From an uncultured Candidatus Saccharibacteria bacterium (GTDB lineage: Bacteria > Patescibacteriota > Saccharimonadia > Saccharimonadales > CAZMXN01), in the NCBI GenBank assembly GCA_964570275.1, contig CAZMXN010000003.1:33165-97164 (forward strand): a stretch of 64,000 bases of DNA, read 5' to 3'. Of the stretch, positions 8,617 to 18,402 are shown piece by piece. Below the pieces are notes generated by a model. The model saw nothing but the letters and a program-made list of their open reading frames with translations. It was not told the origin of the DNA and did no database searches. Each line of letters opens with the position of its first letter. Within the stretch, counting starts at the first letter, position 1. Both the position numbers and the translations under genes were made by a program.

Positions 8617-9795
8617 CTAAAACAGATCAAGCTGGCTGATTTCTGTCGGCAAAAAGCCTTCCGGATGCTTGAAGCCGGCTTCCCATTTGGTGCCTTTCTG
8701 GTAGCCGAGGTCTTTCATGAGCCTGGTTGGGGCGTTTCGTAAGTGCAGCGGCACAGGCAGGTCCGGGTGTTGGCGGGCCGCGGCCTGGGCGCGGTTCATG
8801 GCGTCGGTAACCACCCGCGATTTTTTGCACTTTGCGAGTACGGTGGCGCAGTGAAACAGATTATACTGGCACTCCGGCATGCCGATGCGCTCGACAGCCT
8901 GGAAAGTGGCCACGGCCAGGTTCAGGGCGGGCGAGGCGGCAATGCCGACGTCCTCGCTGGCAAAAATTACCATGCGGCGGGCGATGAATTTGGGATCCTC
9001 GCCGGCTTGCAGCATGCGGGCGAGATAGTACAGAGCCGCATTGGCGTCGGAGCCGCGCAGCGACTTAATAAAAGCGCTGATGACGTTGTAGTGCGTTTCG
9101 CCGCCTTTATCATAGCCGGGGACGCGTTTTTGGGCGGCCGTTTCGATGATCTCTGGTGTGATTTTATCTTGAGTGAGCTGCAGGGCCAGCTCCAGATTGC
9201 CCAGGGCTACCCGGGCGTCACCGCCGGACAGTTCGGCCAGCAGGTCAATGCTTTTAGCCGGCAGGCGCCGGGCGGTAAGTTTCTCGGCTTTGGCAGCGGC
9301 TTTAATTATTTTGATAATATCGGCTTTGCTGAGCGGCTGGAGGACCAGGACGCGCGAGCGGCTGAGCAGGGGGTTAATGACTTCGAAGCTGGGGTTTTCG
9401 GTCGTGGCGCCAATGAGCACAATGGTGCCGTTTTCTACATGAGGCAGGAAAGCATCCTGTTGGGCCTTGTTGAAACGGTGAATTTCGTCGACGAACAGCA
9501 CGGTGGTCATGCCGAGACGCTGGTTTTGCCGGGCATGCTCGATCACCTTAACGACGTCGGCCTTGCCGGCCGTGACGGCACTCAGCTCAATGAAGTCCGC
9601 GCCGGTTTCATTGGCGATAATCCGGGCCAGGGTGGTTTTGCCGCTGCCTGGTGGCCCCCACAAAATCAGACTGGTCGGCTGCTTTTTGGCGATCAGCTCG
9701 CGGATGATCCGCCCGCTTGCCACCAGGTGTTCCTGGCCGACGACGTCGTCAAGAGTTTGCGGCCGCATGCGTTCGGCCAACGGTGTTGCCTGCAT
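8617..9795 (-). CDS. rarA: Replication-associated recombination protein RarA/MgsA
   Basis: PLAERMRP, GPPGSGKTT, DEIHRFNKAQQD, ATTENPSF, SAFIKSLRGSD, ASEDVG, HLRNAPT. Confidence 0.97.
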   Translation of the reverse strand: MQATPLAERMRPQTLDDVVGQEHLVASGRIIRELIAKKQPTSLILWGPPGSGKTTLARIIANETGADFIELSAVTAGKADVVKVIEHARQNQRLGMTTVLFVDEIHRFNKAQQDAFLPHVENGTIVLIGATTENPSFEVINPLLSRSRVLVLQPLSKADIIKIIKAAAKAEKLTARRLPAKSIDLLAELSGGDARVALGNLELALQLTQDKITPEIIETAAQKRVPGYDKGGETHYNVISAFIKSLRGSDANAALYYLARMLQAGEDPKFIARRMVIFASEDVGIAASPALNLAVATFQAVERIGMPECQYNLFHCATVLAKCKKSRVVTDAMNRAQAAARQHPDLPVPLHLRNAPTRLMKDLGYQKGTKWEAGFKHPEGFLPTEISQLDLF

Positions 9796-9856
9796 ACCTC
9801 TAGTATACCCGGTAAGTTGCTTTGGCAGCGGTTTTTAGGCCGGCCGATTATGTCCT

Positions 9857-12800
9857 TTAGACGTCGTTAGTGTCGGCCCGGCGGCGGATAATGTAGGCAA
9901 CTATGCCTACGATACCGACAATCGGTATCCACAAGTACCAGCAGAGTCCCAGGATTTTCGAACAGCTGCCGGAAACCAGATTCTCGGTTACGGCTGCGGC
10001 AATGTCGCTGCCGGTGGTAGCCGCCAGCGGCGTAACGGTTTCGTCATCGGCGGTTGTTAAGCCAAGCGACTCCTCGGCGTTGTTGGTGTCCGGAGTGCCG
10101 CCGGTACCACCGGTGCCGCCATCGGTTGTGCCGCCGGTATCGCCAGTTGACAAACCGTTCACTTCACCTCCGCCCGCTCCACCGGATGGTTCTGCAAAAT
10201 CAACCACCACTTCATCGGTCGAGTTGTTGCCGGCGCTGTCGGTGGTAGTCAGCTGGAAAGTGTAGGCGCCGAATTGATCGACAGTGACCGTCGGATTTGC
10301 GGCTGTGGAATCGCTGAAAGTAGCCGTACCCGGTCCGGCGGTTTGCGCCCAGGCATAGGTCGCGCCGGCGTCGTCGGAACTGCCGTTCAGCGCAGCCGAC
10401 TGACCAGTCACAGATTGGTCAGGTCCGGCCACAGCCGACGGCGGCGTGTTGTCGACAATGAAACTCCAAAGCGCACTCCAGAGGCTGGTATTACCGGCGT
10501 GGTCGATAGCGCGCACCTGCCATGTGTAAGCGCCATCCGGCAAAACAATGTTCGGCAAATTGTTAGCTGCGGTAGTTACAGTCGCTGCCAAATCGCTTCG
10601 AGTGTACTCAAACATGTGTACGTCCGTAGAGCCGTTGGCGTCCCATGTAAAGGTTAAAGGCGATGACGCAGACGCGTTTAGTACGCTACCGTCTGCTGGA
10701 CCTTGGAGAATAGGCGTGTTCGGTGCGATTGAATCGTAGTAGTAGTGAACCGGGGCGCTCCAGTCACTGGCGTTACCGGCAGCATCAACTGCCTGAACCC
10801 TAATAGTTACGCCACCTTGCTCGGCATCTGACGGTACGTGGTTGCGCCATGTAGTAGTGCCTGGAACAGTTCGGTATGGGCCACCTGCGAAGCCGTGTCC
10901 ATCGTCATATATGTACTCTATCCGGTAGTAGTCGATGCCGTTTGTATCGCTGGAAGCTGTCCATTGATTGAGAATCGGTGTGCTTGAGAAGTATTGCTCA
11001 TTTGCAGGCGTGGTTATTGTCGGGGCAGTAGGCGCCGCAGTGTCAACGACCACGTCGTTGTAATGGTACTTCCAGTTGCCGACTGCGTCGAAGGCCTGGA
11101 CTTTAAGACGGTAGAAGCCATCACTCAAGCCGGATACATCAAAATGCCAGTTGGTAGTACCGGATGCAGTACCGCTGTCAATGTTCCCGACATGGGTTCC
11201 GCCTAAAGCACTAATCTCAGTGACTGTGTAATTTACTTTTACCACCGAAGTCTGGTTGTCTGACGCTGTACCTTCAACAGTGAAGCTGCTGCCAGCAAAC
11301 GATTTGTCGGCTGGAGTTACCACCTGAACGGAAGGTTTAGTGTTGTCGGTAAAGAAGTGGTTGTAGATATCGGAACGGCCATTACCAACCACATCCTTAG
11401 TGAATAGCCTTAAGTTATATTGACCGTCATCAAGCGTGCTGGTGTCCAGCGTTATGGTGAGGGTGCCGCTATTAGCGTCGCCGCTATAGCTAATGGTGCC
11501 GGTGCCTGCAATCACGCTGCTGGCTCCGGTTTTGACATTGTAGGTCCAGTTGCCGGCAATGGAATTGTCCGGTCGGCGCATTACTATTTGTTGCTGGCCC
11601 AAGCCCGCACCGTTATCCGATATATCAACTTTAATTTCTACAGTGCCATTAAGGGTGGCGCCGGTTGTCGGTGAAGTAAACTGAGCTGCTTCCGGTGCGG
11701 TAGCATCAACTATCAGCTGCCATGGGGTAGTCCAGGCGCCGAAGCTGCCATCGGCGAACTTGGCCCGCACTTGCCAGTAGTAAACGCCGCCGCCCGTAGC
11801 GGAGGCATCTATCTCCGAGCCATTAACTTCAGTGGTGTAGATGGGTGAAGTCAGTGAACCGTCAGGGTTGAGCGCATTGTTGACTGCTGACTGGTACTGA
11901 TAAGCGACGGCATCGGCGACGTCTGTCCAATCCAGTATGCCGGGGCTGTTGGTCAAGGTGCCGTCGGCGGGGGATAGATGTATCGGCAGGTTGTAGAACA
12001 CTACTCGGCCCAGGCTGGCCAGATCGCCTTTATCGGTAATTTTAAGTTCGGTTTCGTCGCGCTCGCTTTGCGTCATTTCGTTGCCGGTTTTGCCATCGAA
12101 CCTGGCCTCGGCAGCGTTAAGGTTCTTAACCTGATAGTTAATGATGTGCATCAGGTCGTTGCCGGAAAAGCTGGTGTTGCCTAGATCGACCGGCGTATTA
12201 CCAGGACCGACGATGCTGTAACCCGGTGCGCCCAGAGCCTGAACGTTAGGGTCGCTGGTACCGACAATCTCAAGGCCTTTGGTGTTGTTGGTTATATGGT
12301 TGTTGCCGGTGAAAGTAACGTTTGTGATGTTGTGGCCGAAGTTGCCGGAGCTGTTGACGTTGTAGAAGGCTATTCCGGCCCAATCGTTGTTATCGGCCGT
12401 GACGTTGTTGAAAGTGTAGTCGCGCGAGTAATTGTCGCTGGCATCGAACCGGGCGGTTATGGCGAAGCCGTTTTTGCTGTAGTTGCTGGCCGTGACATTG
12501 TTAAGCGTAACTTTCCTGGTGCTGTTGAAATCGAGACCGCCCACTCGCTTCGGCGTGGTGTCAAGCCGGCCTGAGCCGTTAAAGTTCAGGTCGGTCAGAG
12601 TTAGCCGGCTGGCTTTGTAAACCTTGAAGTGGTAGCCGACAGTACTGTCAGCAGCCGGGACGGCCAGGGTCAAATTACTTAAGTCGATGTCATTTAAACC
12701 AGTTATGTCGATGCCGTAGGACTTGGTCCCGTCGGTTTCGATGACGGTGCCGGCTTGACTTTCACCGACCAGCTTGGTGCCGTGTTTGAGAAACTTCAGG

Positions 12801-14152
12801 CTTTCGGTGTAGATGCCGTCAGCGACATGGATAGTGCCGCCCTCAACGATGCGACTCATGGCGTCCTGGACTTTAGTGTAGGGATTCCAGGCGGACCCTT
12901 CGTCGCCAGTATTGCCGTTGGCTGCAGGCTGGACGTAGGTGTCAGACAGAAGTTTGATGCCACCGAACTGATTTTCGACCACGGCATCATTGTTCCGTTC
13001 ACTGATTTGAACAACCTTGCTGTCCGGGTATTCGTTAGTGCTGCCTGGGATAATCGCGATATCCAGCACGTTGCGATCAATCCCGGTGCCCCAGCTGTTG
13101 TTTCTGAAATTGATTACGGTGTCGGATAGGACGACCCAGCCTTTAGTGTGGGCGACATAGTTGTTCCTGATTTGGCCTGTAGCCTTGTCGTTGATGTAGG
13201 CGGGCTGGCGCACATGGACGAAGTCGTTGTTGCGAATGTCGAAGTCTTGAACGGTGCTTATTTCCAAGGCTCTTACAACGCTGCTGTCACCAATATTCCA
13301 TTGGCCGGTAAAGCTGTTGCCTAAGACACTGACATTGTCAGCTTGGACTTGAATCAAGTTATGTGGACCGACGTTGTCAGTTTTCTCAAACGCGATATCG
13401 CGGACTGTCGTGCCGTCGGCGGTAATCCTGAAAACCGGGTTGGTACCTGAGGTCTGGATGGTGGCGCCGCTATAACCGCGAACAGCAAGCTGCTTGTTAA
13501 TAACTATAGTAGAGGTGATAGCGTGGGTGCCGTTTAGGTGTAAGAGATCACCCGGAAAGGCCAGCGCTACCGCGTCAGCTAGCGTGTCGTAATAGAACTG
13601 CTGAGTAGCATTGAAGACCGCGTCGTGTGAAAACGATGGATTGGCAGCTTCCTTGCTGCTGACAGCTAAAATGCCGACCGACCGACGCTGACTGCTGTTG
13701 CCGCTGCTGCGGCCGTAAGTTTGCACGGCGGCCAGGCTTGGTATGTTCATTTGGTCGACCGGATCGGCGGATACACCGTCAAACAATTTAACGGTATCAC
13801 CGCTGTTGTTAAGCCAGTTGCCGCCAGCGTCAACAGCCAGGTAACCGTTGGCATTGATGACTGTACCGGCCGGCAAAACCTTCTCTTGAGTGGTGGCGTT
13901 ATCATCAAATCTTACTATCCAACCTGACACATCAGCGCCGGCTGGTCCGGCCAGCTCGACCCATTCGGTCGTTTCGTTGGAGCTAATCTCGTTAATATAA
14001 ACCGGGCTGCTCGAAAGTGCCGTAGCGGTCGACGCCGCCAAAAACGGGAACGCCGTAAGCAGGCCGCTGACTGACAGCACTAGGCTTATAAGGCCGGCCA
14101 GAAATCGGTGAATTAAGTTACTATTAGCCACCCCGTCAAGTTTGTCGCTCAT
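9857..14152 (-). CDS. Large membrane-anchored surface protein: lamin-tail domain, parallel beta-helix repeats, Ig/FN3-like and PKD-like repeats, C-terminal TM
   Basis: Signal-like N-terminus; INEI...EWVEL...LNNSGDTVKL (LTD); Asn-rich PbH repeats; YYWQVRA, DG.Y.L, D.AGN and VDNT.P repeats; Gly/Thr linker; TM followed by RRR. Confidence 0.85.
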   Translation of the reverse strand: MSDKLDGVANSNLIHRFLAGLISLVLSVSGLLTAFPFLAASTATALSSSPVYINEISSNETTEWVELAGPAGADVSGWIVRFDDNATTQEKVLPAGTVINANGYLAVDAGGNWLNNSGDTVKLFDGVSADPVDQMNIPSLAAVQTYGRSSGNSSQRRSVGILAVSSKEAANPSFSHDAVFNATQQFYYDTLADAVALAFPGDLLHLNGTHAITSTIVINKQLAVRGYSGATIQTSGTNPVFRITADGTTVRDIAFEKTDNVGPHNLIQVQADNVSVLGNSFTGQWNIGDSSVVRALEISTVQDFDIRNNDFVHVRQPAYINDKATGQIRNNYVAHTKGWVVLSDTVINFRNNSWGTGIDRNVLDIAIIPGSTNEYPDSKVVQISERNNDAVVENQFGGIKLLSDTYVQPAANGNTGDEGSAWNPYTKVQDAMSRIVEGGTIHVADGIYTESLKFLKHGTKLVGESQAGTVIETDGTKSYGIDITGLNDIDLSNLTLAVPAADSTVGYHFKVYKASRLTLTDLNFNGSGRLDTTPKRVGGLDFNSTRKVTLNNVTASNYSKNGFAITARFDASDNYSRDYTFNNVTADNNDWAGIAFYNVNSSGNFGHNITNVTFTGNNHITNNTKGLEIVGTSDPNVQALGAPGYSIVGPGNTPVDLGNTSFSGNDLMHIINYQVKNLNAAEARFDGKTGNEMTQSERDETELKITDKGDLASLGRVVFYNLPIHLSPADGTLTNSPGILDWTDVADAVAYQYQSAVNNALNPDGSLTSPIYTTEVNGSEIDASATGGGVYYWQVRAKFADGSFGAWTTPWQLIVDATAPEAAQFTSPTTGATLNGTVEIKVDISDNGAGLGQQQIVMRRPDNSIAGNWTYNVKTGASSVIAGTGTISYSGDANSGTLTITLDTSTLDDGQYNLRLFTKDVVGNGRSDIYNHFFTDNTKPSVQVVTPADKSFAGSSFTVEGTASDNQTSVVKVNYTVTEISALGGTHVGNIDSGTASGTTNWHFDVSGLSDGFYRLKVQAFDAVGNWKYHYNDVVVDTAAPTAPTITTPANEQYFSSTPILNQWTASSDTNGIDYYRIEYIYDDGHGFAGGPYRTVPGTTTWRNHVPSDAEQGGVTIRVQAVDAAGNASDWSAPVHYYYDSIAPNTPILQGPADGSVLNASASSPLTFTWDANGSTDVHMFEYTRSDLAATVTTAANNLPNIVLPDGAYTWQVRAIDHAGNTSLWSALWSFIVDNTPPSAVAGPDQSVTGQSAALNGSSDDAGATYAWAQTAGPGTATFSDSTAANPTVTVDQFGAYTFQLTTTDSAGNNSTDEVVVDFAEPSGGAGGGEVNGLSTGDTGGTTDGGTGGTGGTPDTNNAEESLGLTTADDETVTPLAATTGSDIAAAVTENLVSGSCSKILGLCWYLWIPIVGIVGIVAYIIRRRADTNDV

Positions 14153-14307
14153 TGCTAACCTCGCCTTTGTTCACTTAGATAAGCTTAGTATAACTAGATA
14201 GTTTGCCATTTAGCAACAAATAGTTGCTGACTTATCGTCAATCGGCCAAAAAAACCTTAGAGGGCAATGTGGGTTTTGGGGAGCGGTTCTTGTAAACTAA
14301 TAAGCGT

Positions 14308-15594
14308 ATGCTTGATAAGACCAAGTCTCTTAAACATCGATTCAGCCCCGGCAAGCGCTATGTCCGGCTGGCTTCCCGGGACGTTGCCGAGGCGCGGCAG
14401 TATATAGATAAGTACTGGGAACATCTCAAGCGGTTTCACCCAAAAGACGACGAAACGCTGCTTGGCCTGCCCAAAGCCTATCTGGTGCCGGCTTACGAGG
14501 AAGGTCACCCGTTTGACTTTAACGAGATGTATTACTGGGACAGCTATTTCATGGTTCAGGGCATGTTAAAAGCCGCCGCCAACGACGATCAGAAGTCGCT
14601 GGTCGTCGGCATCCTGGAGAACTTCGAGAGTCTGATCAGGCGCTTTCGGATAATTCCCAACGCCTCCAGGACATATTTAATGGGCCGGTCGCAGCCGCCG
14701 TTTTTGACCAGCTTGATCTTTGACATTTACGAAGCTTACGGCATGGACAAGGAGTGGCTCAAAAATAAACTGACCGTTGCCCGGACTGAGTACGAAACGG
14801 TTTGGATGGGCACCAGCAAGCCACACTGGCGCCAGGTTTACGAGGGTTTAAGCCGCTACTACGACATCAACATGCTGCACGATCTGGCCGAGGCCGAAAG
14901 CGGTTGGGATATGACACCGCGCTTCGGCCGCAAGGCGCTCGATTATCTTCCGGTCGACTTAAACGCCCTGTTATACAAATACGAAAGTGACTTCGCTCAG
15001 GCGGCTGAGCTGATTGGCGACAACACCGAGGCGCATCACTGGCATGCCCAGGCCGACAGCCGCCGTCACACCATGAATCAGCTGATGTGGGACGATGCCA
15101 GGGGCCTGTACTACGATTATAATTTCGTTAAGGGCAAGCGCGGCACGGTGGCGTCGCTGGCAACTTACTATCCGCTGTGGGCCGGTCTGGTGGACGACAA
15201 ACAGGCCAAAAAACTGGTGAAGAATTTGCGCCGATTCGAGGAAAAAGGCGGTCTGGCGACGACCGAAGCTTCGTCCCGGGACCAGCTCAACCAGCTGGTG
15301 GCTTTTCCGGGACAGTTTCCGACCCAGTGGGCATACCCCAACGGCTGGGCGCCGCTGCACTATGTGGTTATCAAGGGGTTGCAACGCTACGGTTACGACG
15401 CCGACGCCGAGCGGATTGCCCACAAGTGGCTCAAAACCAACCTCGACTGGTTTAACGAGCAGGGGGTATTTCTGGAGAAGTACAACGTCGTTCAGCCAAC
15501 CAAGCCGCCGATGAAGGGCGTGTACCCGTCGCAGACCGGCTTTGGCTGGACCAACGCCGTGTTTGAACGCCTGTGCCAGGACTTCATAGACTAG
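14308..15594 (+). CDS. Alpha,alpha-trehalase (GH37), no signal peptide
   Basis: FNEMYYWDSYF, IPNASRTY, RSQPPF, AESGWD, PVDLNALL, QWAYPNGWAP, EKYNV, GFGWTN. Confidence 0.93.
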   Translation: MLDKTKSLKHRFSPGKRYVRLASRDVAEARQYIDKYWEHLKRFHPKDDETLLGLPKAYLVPAYEEGHPFDFNEMYYWDSYFMVQGMLKAAANDDQKSLVVGILENFESLIRRFRIIPNASRTYLMGRSQPPFLTSLIFDIYEAYGMDKEWLKNKLTVARTEYETVWMGTSKPHWRQVYEGLSRYYDINMLHDLAEAESGWDMTPRFGRKALDYLPVDLNALLYKYESDFAQAAELIGDNTEAHHWHAQADSRRHTMNQLMWDDARGLYYDYNFVKGKRGTVASLATYYPLWAGLVDDKQAKKLVKNLRRFEEKGGLATTEASSRDQLNQLVAFPGQFPTQWAYPNGWAPLHYVVIKGLQRYGYDADAERIAHKWLKTNLDWFNEQGVFLEKYNVVQPTKPPMKGVYPSQTGFGWTNAVFERLCQDFID

Positions 15595-15627
15595 CCGCTT
15601 GAGCTACGAGATGTTTTAATATTATTT

Positions 15628-16617
15628 ATGAGAGTAGAGACCAAAGTCGACGGGCCGCCGGTGGCGGCGGCAACCGGACCGGCTCAGCCCGAAGCCAGGC
15701 CGGAGCGGTTAGCGGTGATAAGAGGTGACAGGTTGGTTTTGCCGGCCGGGCCTGACATCGAGGCTTATAACCAGCGGGTTCAATCAGCTTACGGTGATGC
15801 AGCGGTCGAAATCAGTGTCGTGCCACCCGATATTCTCCAGATCGGCAAAATTCCCCGTGCGATAGGACGAATAACCTCCAGAAAACTGATCAACCTTGCA
15901 GCCTGCTACCCGGGCCAGACGGTCGGACGGGAAGAAATGATCCGCCACCGGGTTTTTACCAACCGGAATGGAGTGCTGCTGACGAGACACGTCAGGATTG
16001 CCTGCGAAGGGCTTAACCCGGTAGTAATGCCCGACGGGCAGCCGCTGATCGGTGTTACCGGGCTTAAGTCGGATTCGCTGGAAGTACGGCTGGACCCGCG
16101 GGTAGTGCTGGTTGCAACGGCGCCTAGCACTGAGCCGGCCCACACATGGCCGGAACCAACCGAAAGACAAGCCAGTAGTCCTTACGGCCAGAACATAAGC
16201 TACCAGGAATATTTTCAATCGCCGGGAGAGACCACGACGGCCGAGAAGCCGGCCAAGCCGTGGGAAGCCTACGACAAGCTTTACATTACCAGCGCTGCAC
16301 GCTTCATGGAGGAGCTGCAAAGCTTTTACCTGGAAGGCACGGCTATGCCGGTATTTGACCGCCTGCCCAGCAACATCGAAGCCGTCAAGTCGGCTGCCTG
16401 GCAGGCCGCCGGCGTATTCTTTGGCCGTAGCCAGACGATCAAGGATCCGGAAATAGCCCAACGGGTCAATGCATATTTTCGCTATCTCGACGCAGTTGAA
16501 GCTCTAACCAAGCTGAATCAACGGCGGCGACTCAGCCAAACGGCTGCCCGGCCAACCGGCCGCCGGATGATGCCGGTTGACGACTTCATAGAGCGGGTCG
16601 ACAGGGCGCGCGAGTAA
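15628..16617 (+). CDS. Hypothetical protein with a possible degenerate OmpR-type winged-helix segment
   Basis: ITSRKLINLAACYPGQTVGREEM...LLTRHVRIACEGL resembles the trans_reg_C pattern; otherwise no recognisable motif. Confidence 0.55.
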   Translation: MRVETKVDGPPVAAATGPAQPEARPERLAVIRGDRLVLPAGPDIEAYNQRVQSAYGDAAVEISVVPPDILQIGKIPRAIGRITSRKLINLAACYPGQTVGREEMIRHRVFTNRNGVLLTRHVRIACEGLNPVVMPDGQPLIGVTGLKSDSLEVRLDPRVVLVATAPSTEPAHTWPEPTERQASSPYGQNISYQEYFQSPGETTTAEKPAKPWEAYDKLYITSAARFMEELQSFYLEGTAMPVFDRLPSNIEAVKSAAWQAAGVFFGRSQTIKDPEIAQRVNAYFRYLDAVEALTKLNQRRRLSQTAARPTGRRMMPVDDFIERVDRARE

Positions 16618-16805
16618 TGAATGACGGCGAACCGCCGGCTCTGCCTTGCGCCGGCAAGCTGGCGTTTGACACCCGTAACCAAGCCCAGGCCGAGGCCACG
16701 GCAACACACTGGCGGCGCGGCACCAGCCTCAAACCGTACCGCTGCCGGCACTGTGATTTATGGCATCTGTCAAAGCGAATAGCTACTGACAAACTTCCTG
16801 ATTAA
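16617..16805 (+). CDS. Small Cys/His putative zinc-binding protein
   Basis: CxxKxxFDT...YRCRHCDLWHLS; translationally coupled (TAATG). Confidence 0.75.
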   Translation: MNDGEPPALPCAGKLAFDTRNQAQAEATATHWRRGTSLKPYRCRHCDLWHLSKRIATDKLPD

Positions 16806-16822
16806 GGGGTATACTGATAGCC

Positions 16823-16876
16823 ATGAAATTGCTTAGCCGTTATTTTCGTTCATTGACAATGCCCGGCCGGGCATAA
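16823..16876 (+). other. Putative leader peptide MKLLSRYFRSLTMPGRA upstream of metG
   Basis: TATACT at 16810-16815, 7 nt before the ATG; ORF ends in the palindrome ATGCCCGGCCGGGCAT followed by a T-rich run. Confidence 0.45.
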
Positions 16877-16930
16877 TTTTTCTTGATTTAGTAAATTTTA
16901 ACCTCAGACTTTAATAACGGGAGCCAAACA

Positions 16931-18388
16931 ATGAAATTCTACGTAACCACCTCTATTCCGTATGTTAACGGCGAGCCGCACATCGGCTTTGCCATGGAGC
17001 TGCTGTACGCCGACGTTCTGGCCCGTTACGCCCGCCGCGAGAAAGCCGAGGTGATTTTTGCGACCGGGACTGACGAGCATGGCGGCAAAATCGCCGAAAA
17101 AGCCGCCGAGCTTAAGCTGACGCCCAAAGCCTACGTCGATCAGGTCAGCCAGCAATTCCGGGACTTAGGCAAGCTCTTAAATGTCAGCAACGACCGGTTT
17201 ATCCGGACCACCGATACCGCTCATGAGCAGCGCGCCCAGATAATCTGGCGCAATCTCGAAAAAGACATCTACAAGAGCTCGTACAAGGGTCTGTACTGCA
17301 CCGGCTGCGAAGCTTTCGTAACCGAGGCGGCCGCCAAGGACAATAACGGCATCTGCCCGTTGCACAACCGTCCCTACGAGGTGCTGGAAGAAGAAAATTA
17401 CTTCTTCCGCCTCAGTCACTACGCTGACCAGATCCGCGGGGCCATCGAAGCGGGCGATTTCCAGATCATCCCCGAGACCCGCAAAAACGAAATCATGAGC
17501 GTGATTAAAGACGGGCTGGAGGACATCAGCATTTCCCGGCCCAAGGATAAGATCGCCTGGGGCATACCCGTACCCGGTGACGCCGGCCAGGTCATGTATG
17601 TCTGGTTCGAGGCGCTGATGAATTACATCACGGTGCTCGGCTACCCGGAGCACGCTGATTTCAAGAAGTTCTGGCCGGCCGACGTGCAGGTGATCGGCAA
17701 GGATATTCTAAGATTCCACGCCGCGATCTGGCCCGGCATGCTGCTGGCGCTCGGCCTGCCGCTACCTAAAATACTGTTCGTCCACGGCTTCGTTAACGTT
17801 GACGGCCAGAAGATGAGCAAGTCGCTCGGCAATGTCATCAAGCCGGCCGACGTGGTCGCCCGCTACGGCACCGACGCCTTCCGCTACTTCTTCCTGCGCC
17901 ACATTCCGGCCTACGATGACGGTGATTTTACCTGGGATAAGTTCGAAACGGCCTACAACAACGAGCTGGCCAACGAGCTCGGTAACGCCGTCCAGCGCAC
18001 CGCCGCCATGATAATGAAGTACCAGAACGGCATCATCGGCGACATCCCGGAGGCCGGCCACGACATCGGTCAGTTCCGTGAAGCGGTGGAGAGCTGCCGG
18101 TTCGATCGGGCGGTCGAGGAAATCTGGGACCAGATCCGGGGCTTCAATCAGTACGTTGAACGTCAGAAGCCCTGGGAGATCAGCAAGAGCGGCGACACGG
18201 CCCATTTGCGCGAGGTGCTGGCAGCCCAGGTTGGCGACCTGCTGCAAATCGCCGAGTTGCTGGAGCCGTTCCTGCCGGAAACGGCCGCCAGGATTCAGCA
18301 TGTCTTTAAAGAGGGGGTCGTCCGGCCGGTAGAAGGCACCCTGTTCCCGAAAAACGAGTCCGTCAATGATCCTGCTGCTCAGGCATAA
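16931..18388 (+). CDS. metG: Methionine--tRNA ligase (short form, no C-terminal tRNA-binding domain)
   Basis: PHIGF (HIGH), GTDEHG, CTGC/CPLH knuckle, IGKDILRFH, KMSKS. Confidence 0.97.
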   Translation: MKFYVTTSIPYVNGEPHIGFAMELLYADVLARYARREKAEVIFATGTDEHGGKIAEKAAELKLTPKAYVDQVSQQFRDLGKLLNVSNDRFIRTTDTAHEQRAQIIWRNLEKDIYKSSYKGLYCTGCEAFVTEAAAKDNNGICPLHNRPYEVLEEENYFFRLSHYADQIRGAIEAGDFQIIPETRKNEIMSVIKDGLEDISISRPKDKIAWGIPVPGDAGQVMYVWFEALMNYITVLGYPEHADFKKFWPADVQVIGKDILRFHAAIWPGMLLALGLPLPKILFVHGFVNVDGQKMSKSLGNVIKPADVVARYGTDAFRYFFLRHIPAYDDGDFTWDKFETAYNNELANELGNAVQRTAAMIMKYQNGIIGDIPEAGHDIGQFREAVESCRFDRAVEEIWDQIRGFNQYVERQKPWEISKSGDTAHLREVLAAQVGDLLQIAELLEPFLPETAARIQHVFKEGVVRPVEGTLFPKNESVNDPAAQA

Positions 18389-18402
18389 GGGGAGGCAGCC
18401 GG

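Noticed and set aside
8743-9870. 375-aa plus-strand ORF
   Set aside because: Antisense shadow of rarA; the same applies to 22182-23174, 25484-26425, 40209-41327, 44889-45863 and other motif-less overlapping ORFs in this GC-rich DNA
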